Below are positions 58,401 to 64,000 of a stretch of DNA of 64,000 nucleotides, piece by piece. The translations under genes and the position numbers were made by a program. The stretch comes from Spirochaetota bacterium (GTDB taxonomy: Bacteria; Spirochaetota; GWE2-31-10; MWDO01): positions 1,163 through 65,162 of the forward strand of contig JAVBQL010000020.1 in the NCBI GenBank assembly GCA_031549085.1, in the 5' to 3' direction. The first letter of the stretch is position 1; every line of letters starts with the position of its first letter. The notes below the pieces were generated by a model. It saw only the letters and a list, made by a program, of their open reading frames with translations. It searched no databases and was not told the origin of the DNA.

Positions 58401-58735
58401 GTATTCCTACAGAAAATTCTCCATCATATTTCTCAAATTATACAGTAACTCTCGATAATGTGGGTTCTCCAGGATATTTCTCCCATATTACTTTAGATAG
58501 TAGTGGAATGCCAATAATCACATATCTTACTATTGCGGAGGTTGGAACACCAAGTGCTGTAAAGATTGCTCGTGCTGTTGCAGATCCAACCAATGCTGAT
58601 AATTGGGAGATCGTAACTGTTCCAATGAAGAACAACATCTCTCTAATAAAAGTTAGAGGCTATAGCTGGAATGGAAAGATGATTGGAGCTGCAAAATCTA
58701 CATATCCAGAGGTATTTAGAGAGTACAATAAATAG
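52445..58735 (+). CDS. Giant (~2096 aa) lipoprotein, paralogue of 46098..52310
   Basis: Start placed at TTG 52445 (GAGGAGG 7 nt upstream; MKNRFLTKGIWLFVIIIISTVFFTTC). The track start is 52418. It shares with the upstream gene the N-terminal NP-x-F-x-G-x-GN..D.E.PKL.ITS.K motif, the Ig-like modules, NI(V/A)PY and a C-terminal region (IIHLVYQDIGEGTIKYTRF; MPIITYLTIAEVGTPSAVKIARA). Confidence 0.9.
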   Translation: MKNRFLTKGIWLFVIIIISTVFFTTCENPTNAFLGTGNPADTEPPKLSITSHKDRDLVSGDIVISGIATDDILIKEVRLYSYIDNARQLLQTTTVGWDHAWSFLLNTRVFADGTNIFVVEAIDVATPSNLAAENLILRLDNYGPTVVINSPNNSTGTQMGPFSVDLTLVSVRNTTEVEWEVYAKNDESIKISGTRSNSGVALATPDKFGYSFILSEIVEISGKVGPVYPDGFFVGDIVLRVRAKDDKDRYSKEWTEKVVALNFDSYKPVVYISTPVATTSGTANTYGGSGITATGMVTSDAQLKELILELSFASSSTHYDVTIDLSADSSPVEFRYLISEKLGAPGSPIEDGTYKVRGKAFTMGGVESVYTPYYYFTIDSNYPSVTFSNPQGGSWDKGDVTVMGNATVGGGGTLSSVAYSINNANGPWTPLSLGAGGSFSILVNGGTLIKSEVIVYVKAMRGSDSTTGVLIFNIDNISPIVKILKPGTSDTGLNQVITVEGTASDTADSLGAKGTVNSIKAEIKRAGDLNFSDLVGVTINGTENWYFNFDTSSYGINGNEDVTIRITGTDRVGNSSSVTQVLHINQLADIPWVAIDETSLSNGNDKLYGLITVTGGSFDDDGVRAVYTKVVPLGADVLAHSYTTGWSDSDTYKWERASGTTEWSARINCVNYAQGDHILYACALDINGKESYFRNDISYRSLGPAPANKPSRDKVPFRVDPNKPVVSFYLEPPTSSSAPLEKDHTVYVKTNSILYGKATKTNGVIQKLEFIISGTNRIGGGALPLSYAIDSNSAPVGSGITISGMGTATVSFTYTVATSMFADGDVDILVRATDDGKKIDGQSVIFQVDTVVPIVKLIQPLAGHVQLSQYFVLSGSSEDAPPSSGLLNTDGKVVFTHTNTGESFTYITPIPSPVNEWTFNDPLQSSVKDGLYTITFTQADRAGNSSSTSVTNVRLARYPAYINTGAINGDTLRNGVSIKRNSTYTFNLKEDSVNDQYPGFKEMKVYLYDQNTITNYSDSSLVLLNTKTWTQPNTDTSATHEFTYNYTSSPSSPPKYLIVELTDRAGYTAKKAYDVKVDFVDPVHQFKLTSVKGTQPPTTVMLNNGSGAGYSSSLWIKLDAIDKDGVIAPGINDQDMSAAQISVALSSYATDPAADAYTTIRMGDYFKRDTKVYHQNVTGDTNYYLHYKIPDPAGNIAKGYIILKRETNLPQFNSVLINGDTYSSATLEETIAGTKQPKTIWTKSLNITGTITVPSGNTLSSVIFSKLEFNRADHINDIATDSSGNVATGNNFSYTIPAISDTEGNVHTITALATLNNNVNWDQTIAFIYDNVPPVINSLKIKEIPNSNDGRVFTLDSNRVPTTVVAELDSQNARISGKVRIFGTFSDNLGAKQPVSDFKLTVSIDGTDYLVPSLNIEKDPSDSDKKSFTFYFDYDSALFGSVKKDVQVRVKLADKAKNEATPKALKVNIAPYLLSITTNSAVQDVRKYKQSTDSWENINDNMRYSYRIDSGSITVKGFNLYSPSFVLTYVRDVDSATRTITPTTRTDTSITFNPRPDSLTYDSNLKSGYFYITTGAEALETNKKVLYIFDNYGATSYDMFADEQDMVIDPYKNSDNPLAVFVLQKHYQNNTAHQIKSRYYRRDNFASGAQSQIQGSGLYRGYETDVGTFLTLDGNTDGVLGVGKAGYNYITHGFNRYWFTTIARDPYYTTALQVSNGQKDSVYYLYTSDTENIAGSTRGAFVSGSRDYWNRMGDNPYNFADSNNKYTIAEFSWYADTNTPIFMPVNDWWDAADGTPSPSLGVGKTKFLRNAWRTGAVDWNNTNGTGTDDGTLSKDWSTVWGDVVAYKDNIYTAGYNASLLKTTYRRIKNQNTNSPKYPEVNPLDLGFAGEQPTIAVDPRKAGNASTENSAAYIVGVDNSNNGAVKLAKVTNDLLATSNSENVTVLGSSGGYPSIAISDVGIIHLVYQDIGEGTIKYTRFSADNWSSIPTENSPSYFSNYTVTLDNVGSPGYFSHITLDSSGMPIITYLTIAEVGTPSAVKIARAVADPTNADNWEIVTVPMKNNISLIKVRGYSWNGKMIGAAKSTYPEVFREYNK

Positions 58736-58749
58736 AGAAATAATAATTT

Positions 58750-58782
58750 AAGCTCTCTTTGAAAAAAGAGAGCTTTTATTAT
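58750..58782 (+). terminator. Rho-independent terminator closing the two-gene giant-lipoprotein operon
   Basis: AAGCTCTCTTT-GAAAA-AAAGAGAGCTT, followed by TTATT. It starts 15 nt after the stop at 58735. Confidence 0.7.
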
Positions 58783-58932
58783 ATTGTTATAGACTCTATA
58801 AGATTGCATCTAATAGAAGTTCATAAATTATATTTTTAAAATAGATAAATATTTCAATCTTGTTTACAAGATATTTTATATATGATAAAATTAATAGTAT
58901 AAAATAGTAGATTTTAAAAAAAGGAGTTTTAT

Positions 58933-59520
58933 ATGAATATCATTTTAAAGAATAAAATTGTTTTCAGAAATATGTTTTTATTTTTTTTATTAATAATTCC
59001 ATTTAATAATATATATAGCAAAGAGTCAAATGAAGTGCTGCTTCCAACAGGACAAACGGTTAAAGTAACAGATGTATATTACTATCCTAATAATGATGTC
59101 TATTTTATCTCTTGTATGTATGGTGAGGCAGCCAATATAATATTGCCAGATGGACAAACTGTAAAAGCAAAGTATGTTACTTTTTATGAAGATGGGGCTA
59201 TACTAGCATTTACCTTGATTGATGGGCAAGAGTTAAAAATAAGATTTCCTAATGGAGATTTTGTAAAAACTACTGAAGTAAGATATAAACGAGATAAAAC
59301 ACCACTAATAGTTAAAGAAGATGATAATATCTACTCTGTATTTTTACCAGATGGTAGGATTGTAAAGGCACAATCTGTTTTTTATGATGAAAATGGAACA
59401 TTAAAGATGGTGACTTTAGCTGATGAGGAGAGTATTATCTTAAAAATTAAAGGCAAAGAGATAAAAGCACGTCAAAAAATAGAGTTTAATGATAATGGAA
59501 CAGTGAAATTTGCTAAATAA
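58933..59520 (+). CDS. Secreted LPxGQ...FYxNGxI repeat protein
   Basis: AAGGAG upstream and a signal peptide. Repeats include VLLPTGQTVKVTDVYYYPNNDVYFI, IILPDGQTVKAKYVTFYEDGAILAF and VFLPDGRIVKAQSVFYDENGTLKMV. Confidence 0.85.
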   Translation: MNIILKNKIVFRNMFLFFLLIIPFNNIYSKESNEVLLPTGQTVKVTDVYYYPNNDVYFISCMYGEAANIILPDGQTVKAKYVTFYEDGAILAFTLIDGQELKIRFPNGDFVKTTEVRYKRDKTPLIVKEDDNIYSVFLPDGRIVKAQSVFYDENGTLKMVTLADEESIILKIKGKEIKARQKIEFNDNGTVKFAK

Positions 59521-59641
59521 TTTTTTTGCTATATTTAAAAATATATGTTAGGATTTATTGGATAAAAAAATAGGTCATATACCTATTTAAATTTGTTTTT
59601 AAATTATAAAAAGTAGAATCTAATAAGATTTGGAGGTTCTT

Positions 59642-60592
59642 ATGAAAAATGTATTTGTTATTATGATTTTTCTCTTTGTTTGTTCAACCACTCTATTTTC
59701 TCAACAAAAGATTTTAACTATTACGCTTTCAGATGGTCAAGTTATAAAAGTTACATATGTTGGTTACAATCAAGATAATGGCGCAGTAAAAGAGTATCAA
59801 GTAGCACCTGGACAAAGCGCTAACCTTACACTTCCAAATGGCCAAGTAACAAAAGTTAAAGATGTAAGATACTATCATACTGGGGAACTTGAGTATGCTA
59901 GATTTTTTAAAGTCGAACCGATAAAACTTCAAGATGGACAGCTTGTAAAGGCGACAGAGATAAGATTTTTTCTAAATGGAAATATTGACTATATAGAATT
60001 TAATCACCCAATAGTATTGCCTAATAAACAGAAAGTAAAAGTTTTTAGAGTAAAAAACGATTATAATGGGGTACTTGATGGATTTGTACTACCAGAAAAA
60101 GTAATCATTACTATTCCTAATGGACAGAAAATACCAGCAACTTTTGTTAGCTTTTATAGTGGTTCTGATGCAATCAAAGATGTGGAGCTGGATTCATCTA
60201 CATTAATAAAGCTTCCAGATGGTCAAAATGTTAGTCTTAGTTCAATATCATTTTTTGAAGATGGTACTATAAAATCAGTGAAAACGTTAAGCTCAACTAG
60301 TGCAGAGATAAATGTTAAACTGCCAAATGGAGTTGTTGTTCCTTCAACTGAAGTTACATATTATCAAGGAGGGGTGATTGAAGGTGTTATCTTTGCAAAA
60401 AAAACAAAAATCGAACTTGCTCCCGGTATTACTCCATATGTTAAAATTCTATACTACTATAATACTGCAAAGGTGAAAGAGGCTGTTCTTGATTCTAAAG
60501 AGGAAGTACATTTGACAATAAACAATAAACCAATTGTAGCAACATATAGAATATTCTTTGATGAGATTGGAAATATTACAGATGCTGAATAG
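59642..60592 (+). CDS. Secreted/lipoprotein LPxGQ...FYxNGxI repeat protein (9 repeats)
   Basis: Start moved to ATG 59642 (GGAGG 5 nt upstream). Repeats include LTLPNGQVTKVKDVRYYHTGELEYA, IKLQDGQLVKATEIRFFLNGNIDYI and IKLPDGQNVSLSSISFFEDGTIKSV. Confidence 0.85.
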   Translation: MKNVFVIMIFLFVCSTTLFSQQKILTITLSDGQVIKVTYVGYNQDNGAVKEYQVAPGQSANLTLPNGQVTKVKDVRYYHTGELEYARFFKVEPIKLQDGQLVKATEIRFFLNGNIDYIEFNHPIVLPNKQKVKVFRVKNDYNGVLDGFVLPEKVIITIPNGQKIPATFVSFYSGSDAIKDVELDSSTLIKLPDGQNVSLSSISFFEDGTIKSVKTLSSTSAEINVKLPNGVVVPSTEVTYYQGGVIEGVIFAKKTKIELAPGITPYVKILYYYNTAKVKEAVLDSKEEVHLTINNKPIVATYRIFFDEIGNITDAE

Positions 60593-60620
60593 TATTTTTT
60601 GATAAGTAATTAATAAAATT

Positions 60621-60675
60621 AAATATAGATAGAGATTAAATAATCATTTTTTTCTCTATCTATATTTTTTTATTG
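60621..60675 (+). terminator. Rho-independent terminator after 59642..60592
   Basis: A 15-bp perfect stem, AAATATAGATAGAGA/TCTCTATCTATATTT (60621-35/60653-67), followed by T-rich sequence. Confidence 0.65.
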
Positions 60676-60978
60676 TAACTAAAAAAAATCTTCTTTTTTT
60701 ATAGAAAATGTTTTTAATATTTTATTCCGTTTTTATAATTGATATATGCGTTTTTAATTCATTAAACCTAATAGCATAATAACCTTATAGATCTCACATT
60801 GTTAAAAATCGAGTATTATAATAATAAATTAAAATTTATTTGCTCTGGCCGTATATAAGTGAACTGTTTTTTATTATTAAGCAATATAATTTGTTATATA
60901 AATTATAATTTACGATAAATTTTATTAATTGTAAAAAAAGAACTTGATATTATCCCCTTTATCCCTTATAATAATAGT

Positions 60979-62394
60979 ATGCCTATTATTTTATTTTTTG
61001 GTTTTATTTTATCTCCATTTTTTCTAAAAGAGGAGTCGTGTTCAATTACTGTTCATGAAGATAAATATGGTTATAAAGATGAAGATAATATTGAAATTAT
61101 ACCAGCAATATTTGATAGTGTATTCCCATTCCACAATAAGTTGTCAAGAATCCAATTTGATGGGCTGTATGGTTTTTTGAATCTAAATGGTATTGAAGTT
61201 ATTCCTCCTAAATATGATTTTGCAAGTGATTTTCGCAATGGAGTTGCAATGGTTTCTATAAAAGGTAAGAATTTTTATATAAACCAAAAAAATGAACAGC
61301 TAACAAGAGTATCAAGCTCTATAGAGATGGAAGAGGCAAAAGCAAAAATAGTGATTGATAATAAGTGGGGGGTTGCAACAGCAAATGGGAAAATTATTCT
61401 TCCTCCAGTATATGACTTTATTGGAATTTTTAATAGAGATTTGCCACTTGAGAGTATTCGAATAAATGATAAATGGGGATTGGTAGACTATAAATACAAT
61501 ATTATTGCTCCTCCTAAATATGATGAAGAGATAATATTTGATAATGAAGATCTTGAAAATGATTTAATTCCTGTTAAACTAAATGGAAAGTTTGGTTATA
61601 TAAATCTAAATGGAACTGAAGTCATTTCTCCAATATATGATTTTATTGGAGATTTTTCAAGGAGTAGTGTAGAGCGTTTGAAACTTGATGAAAAATGGGG
61701 GCTAATTAATAAAAAAGGGATCGCTATAACAAAGATGATCTACCAATATATTGATCCTTTTGTTGATAATTTTGCAAATGCTACATTAAATGGAAAACAG
61801 ATCTTAATAGATAAGAGTGGAAATAATATAGACATTAATGTTTCAACAGTCAATAGAAAAAGCCCAGTTATACGAAAGTATGATAGAGTTCTCTTTTTTC
61901 AAGGAGACCATGCAAAGGTTGAGCATAATGGTTTGTGGGGTTTAATTGATGAGAATGGTTTAGAGCTAACCCCTCCGATATACCAAAAGATAGACTTTTT
62001 CTATGATAAAATCGCTATGGTAAAAAAGAGCGGATTATGGGGATATATCGATAGTTTGGGGAAAGTGATTGCTGATGCAAAATATGAGTATGTTGAACCA
62101 TTTTTTAGAGATGGATTTGCCGCAGTTAAATATAAAGGATTGTATGGGTATATAAATAAGAGTGGAATTGAGGTTATTCCTCCAAACAAATATGAGGACG
62201 CTAGAGGTTTTGATAGTGGTTTTGCTAGAGTTAAGCTGAATGGCAAGTGGGGATTAATAAACATGAAAGGTGAGTTGATTACAAAAATAAAATATGACGG
62301 AATAGGTGAGTTTATTGGTGATTATGCCTATATTAGATTAAATGGGAAAGCAGGAAAAATTAAAAAAAATGGAAAAGAGGTTCTCTTTCGTTAG
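60979..62394 (+). CDS. WG-repeat protein (471 aa)
   Basis: 12 or more WG units (KWGVATANGKIILPPVYDFIGIF, KWGLVDYKYNIIAPPKYDEE, LWGYIDSLGKVIADAKYEYVEPF). The exact start is uncertain. Confidence 0.8.
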   Translation: MPIILFFGFILSPFFLKEESCSITVHEDKYGYKDEDNIEIIPAIFDSVFPFHNKLSRIQFDGLYGFLNLNGIEVIPPKYDFASDFRNGVAMVSIKGKNFYINQKNEQLTRVSSSIEMEEAKAKIVIDNKWGVATANGKIILPPVYDFIGIFNRDLPLESIRINDKWGLVDYKYNIIAPPKYDEEIIFDNEDLENDLIPVKLNGKFGYINLNGTEVISPIYDFIGDFSRSSVERLKLDEKWGLINKKGIAITKMIYQYIDPFVDNFANATLNGKQILIDKSGNNIDINVSTVNRKSPVIRKYDRVLFFQGDHAKVEHNGLWGLIDENGLELTPPIYQKIDFFYDKIAMVKKSGLWGYIDSLGKVIADAKYEYVEPFFRDGFAAVKYKGLYGYINKSGIEVIPPNKYEDARGFDSGFARVKLNGKWGLINMKGELITKIKYDGIGEFIGDYAYIRLNGKAGKIKKNGKEVLFR

Positions 62395-62425
62395 ACTTTG
62401 AGTTGGCAATTAAGGGATTGAAATA

Positions 62426-63088
62426 TTGAAACGTAGATATAATAAGACTAGTTATACAAAAAAGCCTAAAGTTGTTTATGTAGCAATGTTAGGCGTTTTT
62501 TTATTAGCCTCTCTAGTGTACTATATAACTACTCCAGAAAAAGAGGAAGAGTCTAGAAAAACTATGGAAAAGATCTCAACTATTGATAAAAAAGAGAGGA
62601 TAGGGGCTCAGGATATTGTTCTAAAACCTAATGGTTGGTACTCTGGAACTGTTATCCGTGTAGTTGATGGAGATACAATAGAGGTGCAATTAAAAAATGG
62701 AGAGTCAAAAACAAAAGAAAAAATTCGACTGATTGGAGTAGATACACCAGAGACAAAGCATCCTAAAAAAGCAGTTGAATATTATGGAGTAGAGGCCTCT
62801 AACTTTACTAAATCAAATTTAGCTGATAAAAATATATGGCTTCAGTTAGATGTAGGGGCAAGGGATAGATATCAGCGGATATTGGCCTATGTTTGGATTG
62901 AAAAGCCAAAAGATGAGAGCAGTGAGAAAGAGATACGAACAAAAATGTTCAATGCTCATCTTATATTAGAGGGATATGGAAAAGTTGTAACAATTCAACC
63001 AAATAGTAGATATTCAGAACTATTTGTTAAGTTTCAAAGAGAGGCTAGAAAAAATGGTATGGGCTTGTGGAATGAAACAAAAAAGTAG
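62426..63088 (+). CDS. Membrane-anchored staphylococcal-nuclease (SNase/thermonuclease) homologue
   Basis: TTG start with AAGGGA 8 nt upstream and an N-terminal TM anchor. GTVIRVVDGDTIEV and IRLIGVDTPETKHP match the SNase OB-fold active-site segment. RYQRILAYVW and a C-terminal GMGLW are also present. Confidence 0.8.
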   Translation: MKRRYNKTSYTKKPKVVYVAMLGVFLLASLVYYITTPEKEEESRKTMEKISTIDKKERIGAQDIVLKPNGWYSGTVIRVVDGDTIEVQLKNGESKTKEKIRLIGVDTPETKHPKKAVEYYGVEASNFTKSNLADKNIWLQLDVGARDRYQRILAYVWIEKPKDESSEKEIRTKMFNAHLILEGYGKVVTIQPNSRYSELFVKFQREARKNGMGLWNETKK

Positions 63089-63130
63089 AGAGTTAAGCCT
63101 TTATCCCTAAATCTCTACTTTTATTTTTAT
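63081..63130. terminator. Bidirectional hairpin between the nuclease gene (+) and the WG gene (-)
   Basis: An 11-bp stem, AAAAGTAGAGA/TCTCTACTTTT, with a 20-nt loop and flanking T-rich sequence. Confidence 0.5.
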
Positions 63131-63149
63131 TTAAATAGTTAAATCTGTT

Positions 63150-64000
63150 CTAATTTTGTCCTTGCTCTATTATTATTATAGTTCCCTTTTTATCAACAAT
63201 TCTTTTTATTTCAATCCACTCTCCATCAAGCTCCACTTGAGCTCGATCATTTCTCCAATCTTTTATATTTGTATATCTTGGTGAAATTATCTCTCTTCCA
63301 TCTCTTGCAATAAAACCATATTTATTCCCAGCTTTTACCCAAGCAATACTGTTTTTCCAATCATCAACTTGATCATATTGTGGTTCAATTATTTCTAATC
63401 CCTCTTTTATGATAAATCCATATTTTCCATCAAGTTCAACAAGTGCAAGTCCCTTTTCAAAACTATTTACTTTATCATATTTTAGAGGAACTGCCTCAAT
63501 ACCATTTTTATCAATAAAGCCATATTTATCACCATTTTTAACAACTGCCATTCCCTCTTTGAAATCATTTGCAAAGTCATATTTAGGAGGGACAATCTCA
63601 ACACCCTCTTTATTAATAAAACCATCTTTGTTATCTAGTGTAATTAGTGCCATACCTTCATTAAAACTATATGCTTTGTCATATTTAGGCGCAACAACTT
63701 CAGCACCTTGGGCATTAATAAAACCATCTTTTCCATCAAGTGTTACAAGAGCCATTCCCTCTTTAAAGTTGTTTGCTTTATCATAATTTTTATCTGTGAT
63801 CTTTTCACCCAATTTGTTTATATAGGTATATTTGCTCTCTGGAGTTCCATCTATTTTTATCCATGTTACACCATTAACAAAATCCCCAGCACCATAATAT
63901 TTTTCAGAATTAATAGGTTTATTATTTTTGTCGATGAAGGTATACCAAACATATCCCCACTTATTATCTGCAATTTTAGCTAAACCATCACTGAAATTAT
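63150..64000 (-). CDS. WG-repeat protein, 5' end outside window
   Basis: The track ORF starts at an internal TTG (63812). The same frame stays open to base 64000 (..NFSDGLAKIADNKWGYVWYTFIDKNNKPINSEKYYGAGDFVNGVTWIKIDG..YINKLGEKIT). Confidence 0.8.
   Translation of the reverse strand, partial: NFSDGLAKIADNKWGYVWYTFIDKNNKPINSEKYYGAGDFVNGVTWIKIDGTPESKYTYINKLGEKITDKNYDKANNFKEGMALVTLDGKDGFINAQGAEVVAPKYDKAYSFNEGMALITLDNKDGFINKEGVEIVPPKYDFANDFKEGMAVVKNGDKYGFIDKNGIEAVPLKYDKVNSFEKGLALVELDGKYGFIIKEGLEIIEPQYDQVDDWKNSIAWVKAGNKYGFIARDGREIISPRYTNIKDWRNDRAQVELDGEWIEIKRIVDKKGTIIIIEQGQN

Noticed and set aside
39399-58735. Diversity-generating retroelement, retron or phase-variation cassette acting on the giant surface genes.
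   Set aside because: No reverse transcriptase or recombinase gene is present. I saw no obvious template/variable repeat pair, homopolymeric tract or invertible-promoter inverted repeats flanking the control region. This cannot be fully excluded without a dot plot.
8688-59641. N-terminal extensions given by the ORF track (starts at 8735, 11267, 21935, 25656, 28780, 32463, 33914, 38303, 52418, 59630).
   Set aside because: In each case an internal ATG, GTG or TTG is preceded by a good SD at 5-9 nt and yields a sensible N-terminus (a signal peptide or domain start). The extension lacks an SD and encodes I/F/Y-rich filler.
1170-63983. Many 60-150-aa track ORFs lying antisense to or out of frame within long CDSs. 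Examples: 1170..1355, 3096..3284, 7341..7699, 8497..8757, 11967..12203, 13137..13887, 14245..14830, 15363..16261, 19697..21762, 22375..22560, 24108..24293, 24843..25311, 26030..27766, 31626..31875, 34040..34474, 35361..35615, 38065..38262, all small ORFs inside 39399..58735, 59729..59932, 62001..62264 and 63409..63983.
   Set aside because: Each is fully or largely embedded in a much longer ORF that has clear repeat or domain signatures. They have low-complexity I/F/L/S/Y-rich translations, typical of shadow frames in AT-rich DNA, and no SD.

Overview
Very AT-rich 64-kb chromosomal window. I saw no rRNA, tRNA, CRISPR array, transposase or integrase. The host looks like a diderm bacterium: lipobox signal peptides, a C-terminal outer-membrane (OM) beta-barrel signature, an MCP, and ankyrin and WG-repeat proteins. 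A spirochaete-like host is a guess only. About 42 CDS are supportable. Recognisable housekeeping-type genes are few: trmL, pyridoxal kinase, BI-1/YccA, a small EamA transporter, one MCP, an alpha/beta hydrolase and an SNase-like nuclease. Four things dominate the window. (1) A 19-kb divergent locus (39399..58735) encodes three ~2,000-aa Ig-like-array surface proteins, one with a C-terminal OM-barrel signature and two tandem paralogous lipoproteins. This is my best candidate for an undescribed surface system. (2) Two scattered paralogous repeat-protein families have 7 genes each: WG repeats and an LPxGQ...FYxNGxI ~35-aa repeat. (3) A plasmid/prophage-like island (about 32.3-38.8 kb) carries an S24 repressor, a Rep-like protein, an HTH-ParA flanked by two copies of a GC-rich perfect palindrome, a PD-(D/E)XK-like protein and a repeated ATTTCGTTTTT motif. 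(4) Unusually long (0.8-1.2 kb) intergenic regions contain a family of long-range inverted repeats with a conserved CCATAAA/TTTATGG core and covarying outer arms. They also hold a pseudoknot-like 260-nt leader, several promoter+terminator-bounded small-RNA candidates and a 26-codon lipoprotein-like micro-gene. In addition, an NB-ARC/STAND-TPR gene lacks any canonical start codon for its P-loop domain. All functional calls rest on motifs read by eye; no database search was possible.
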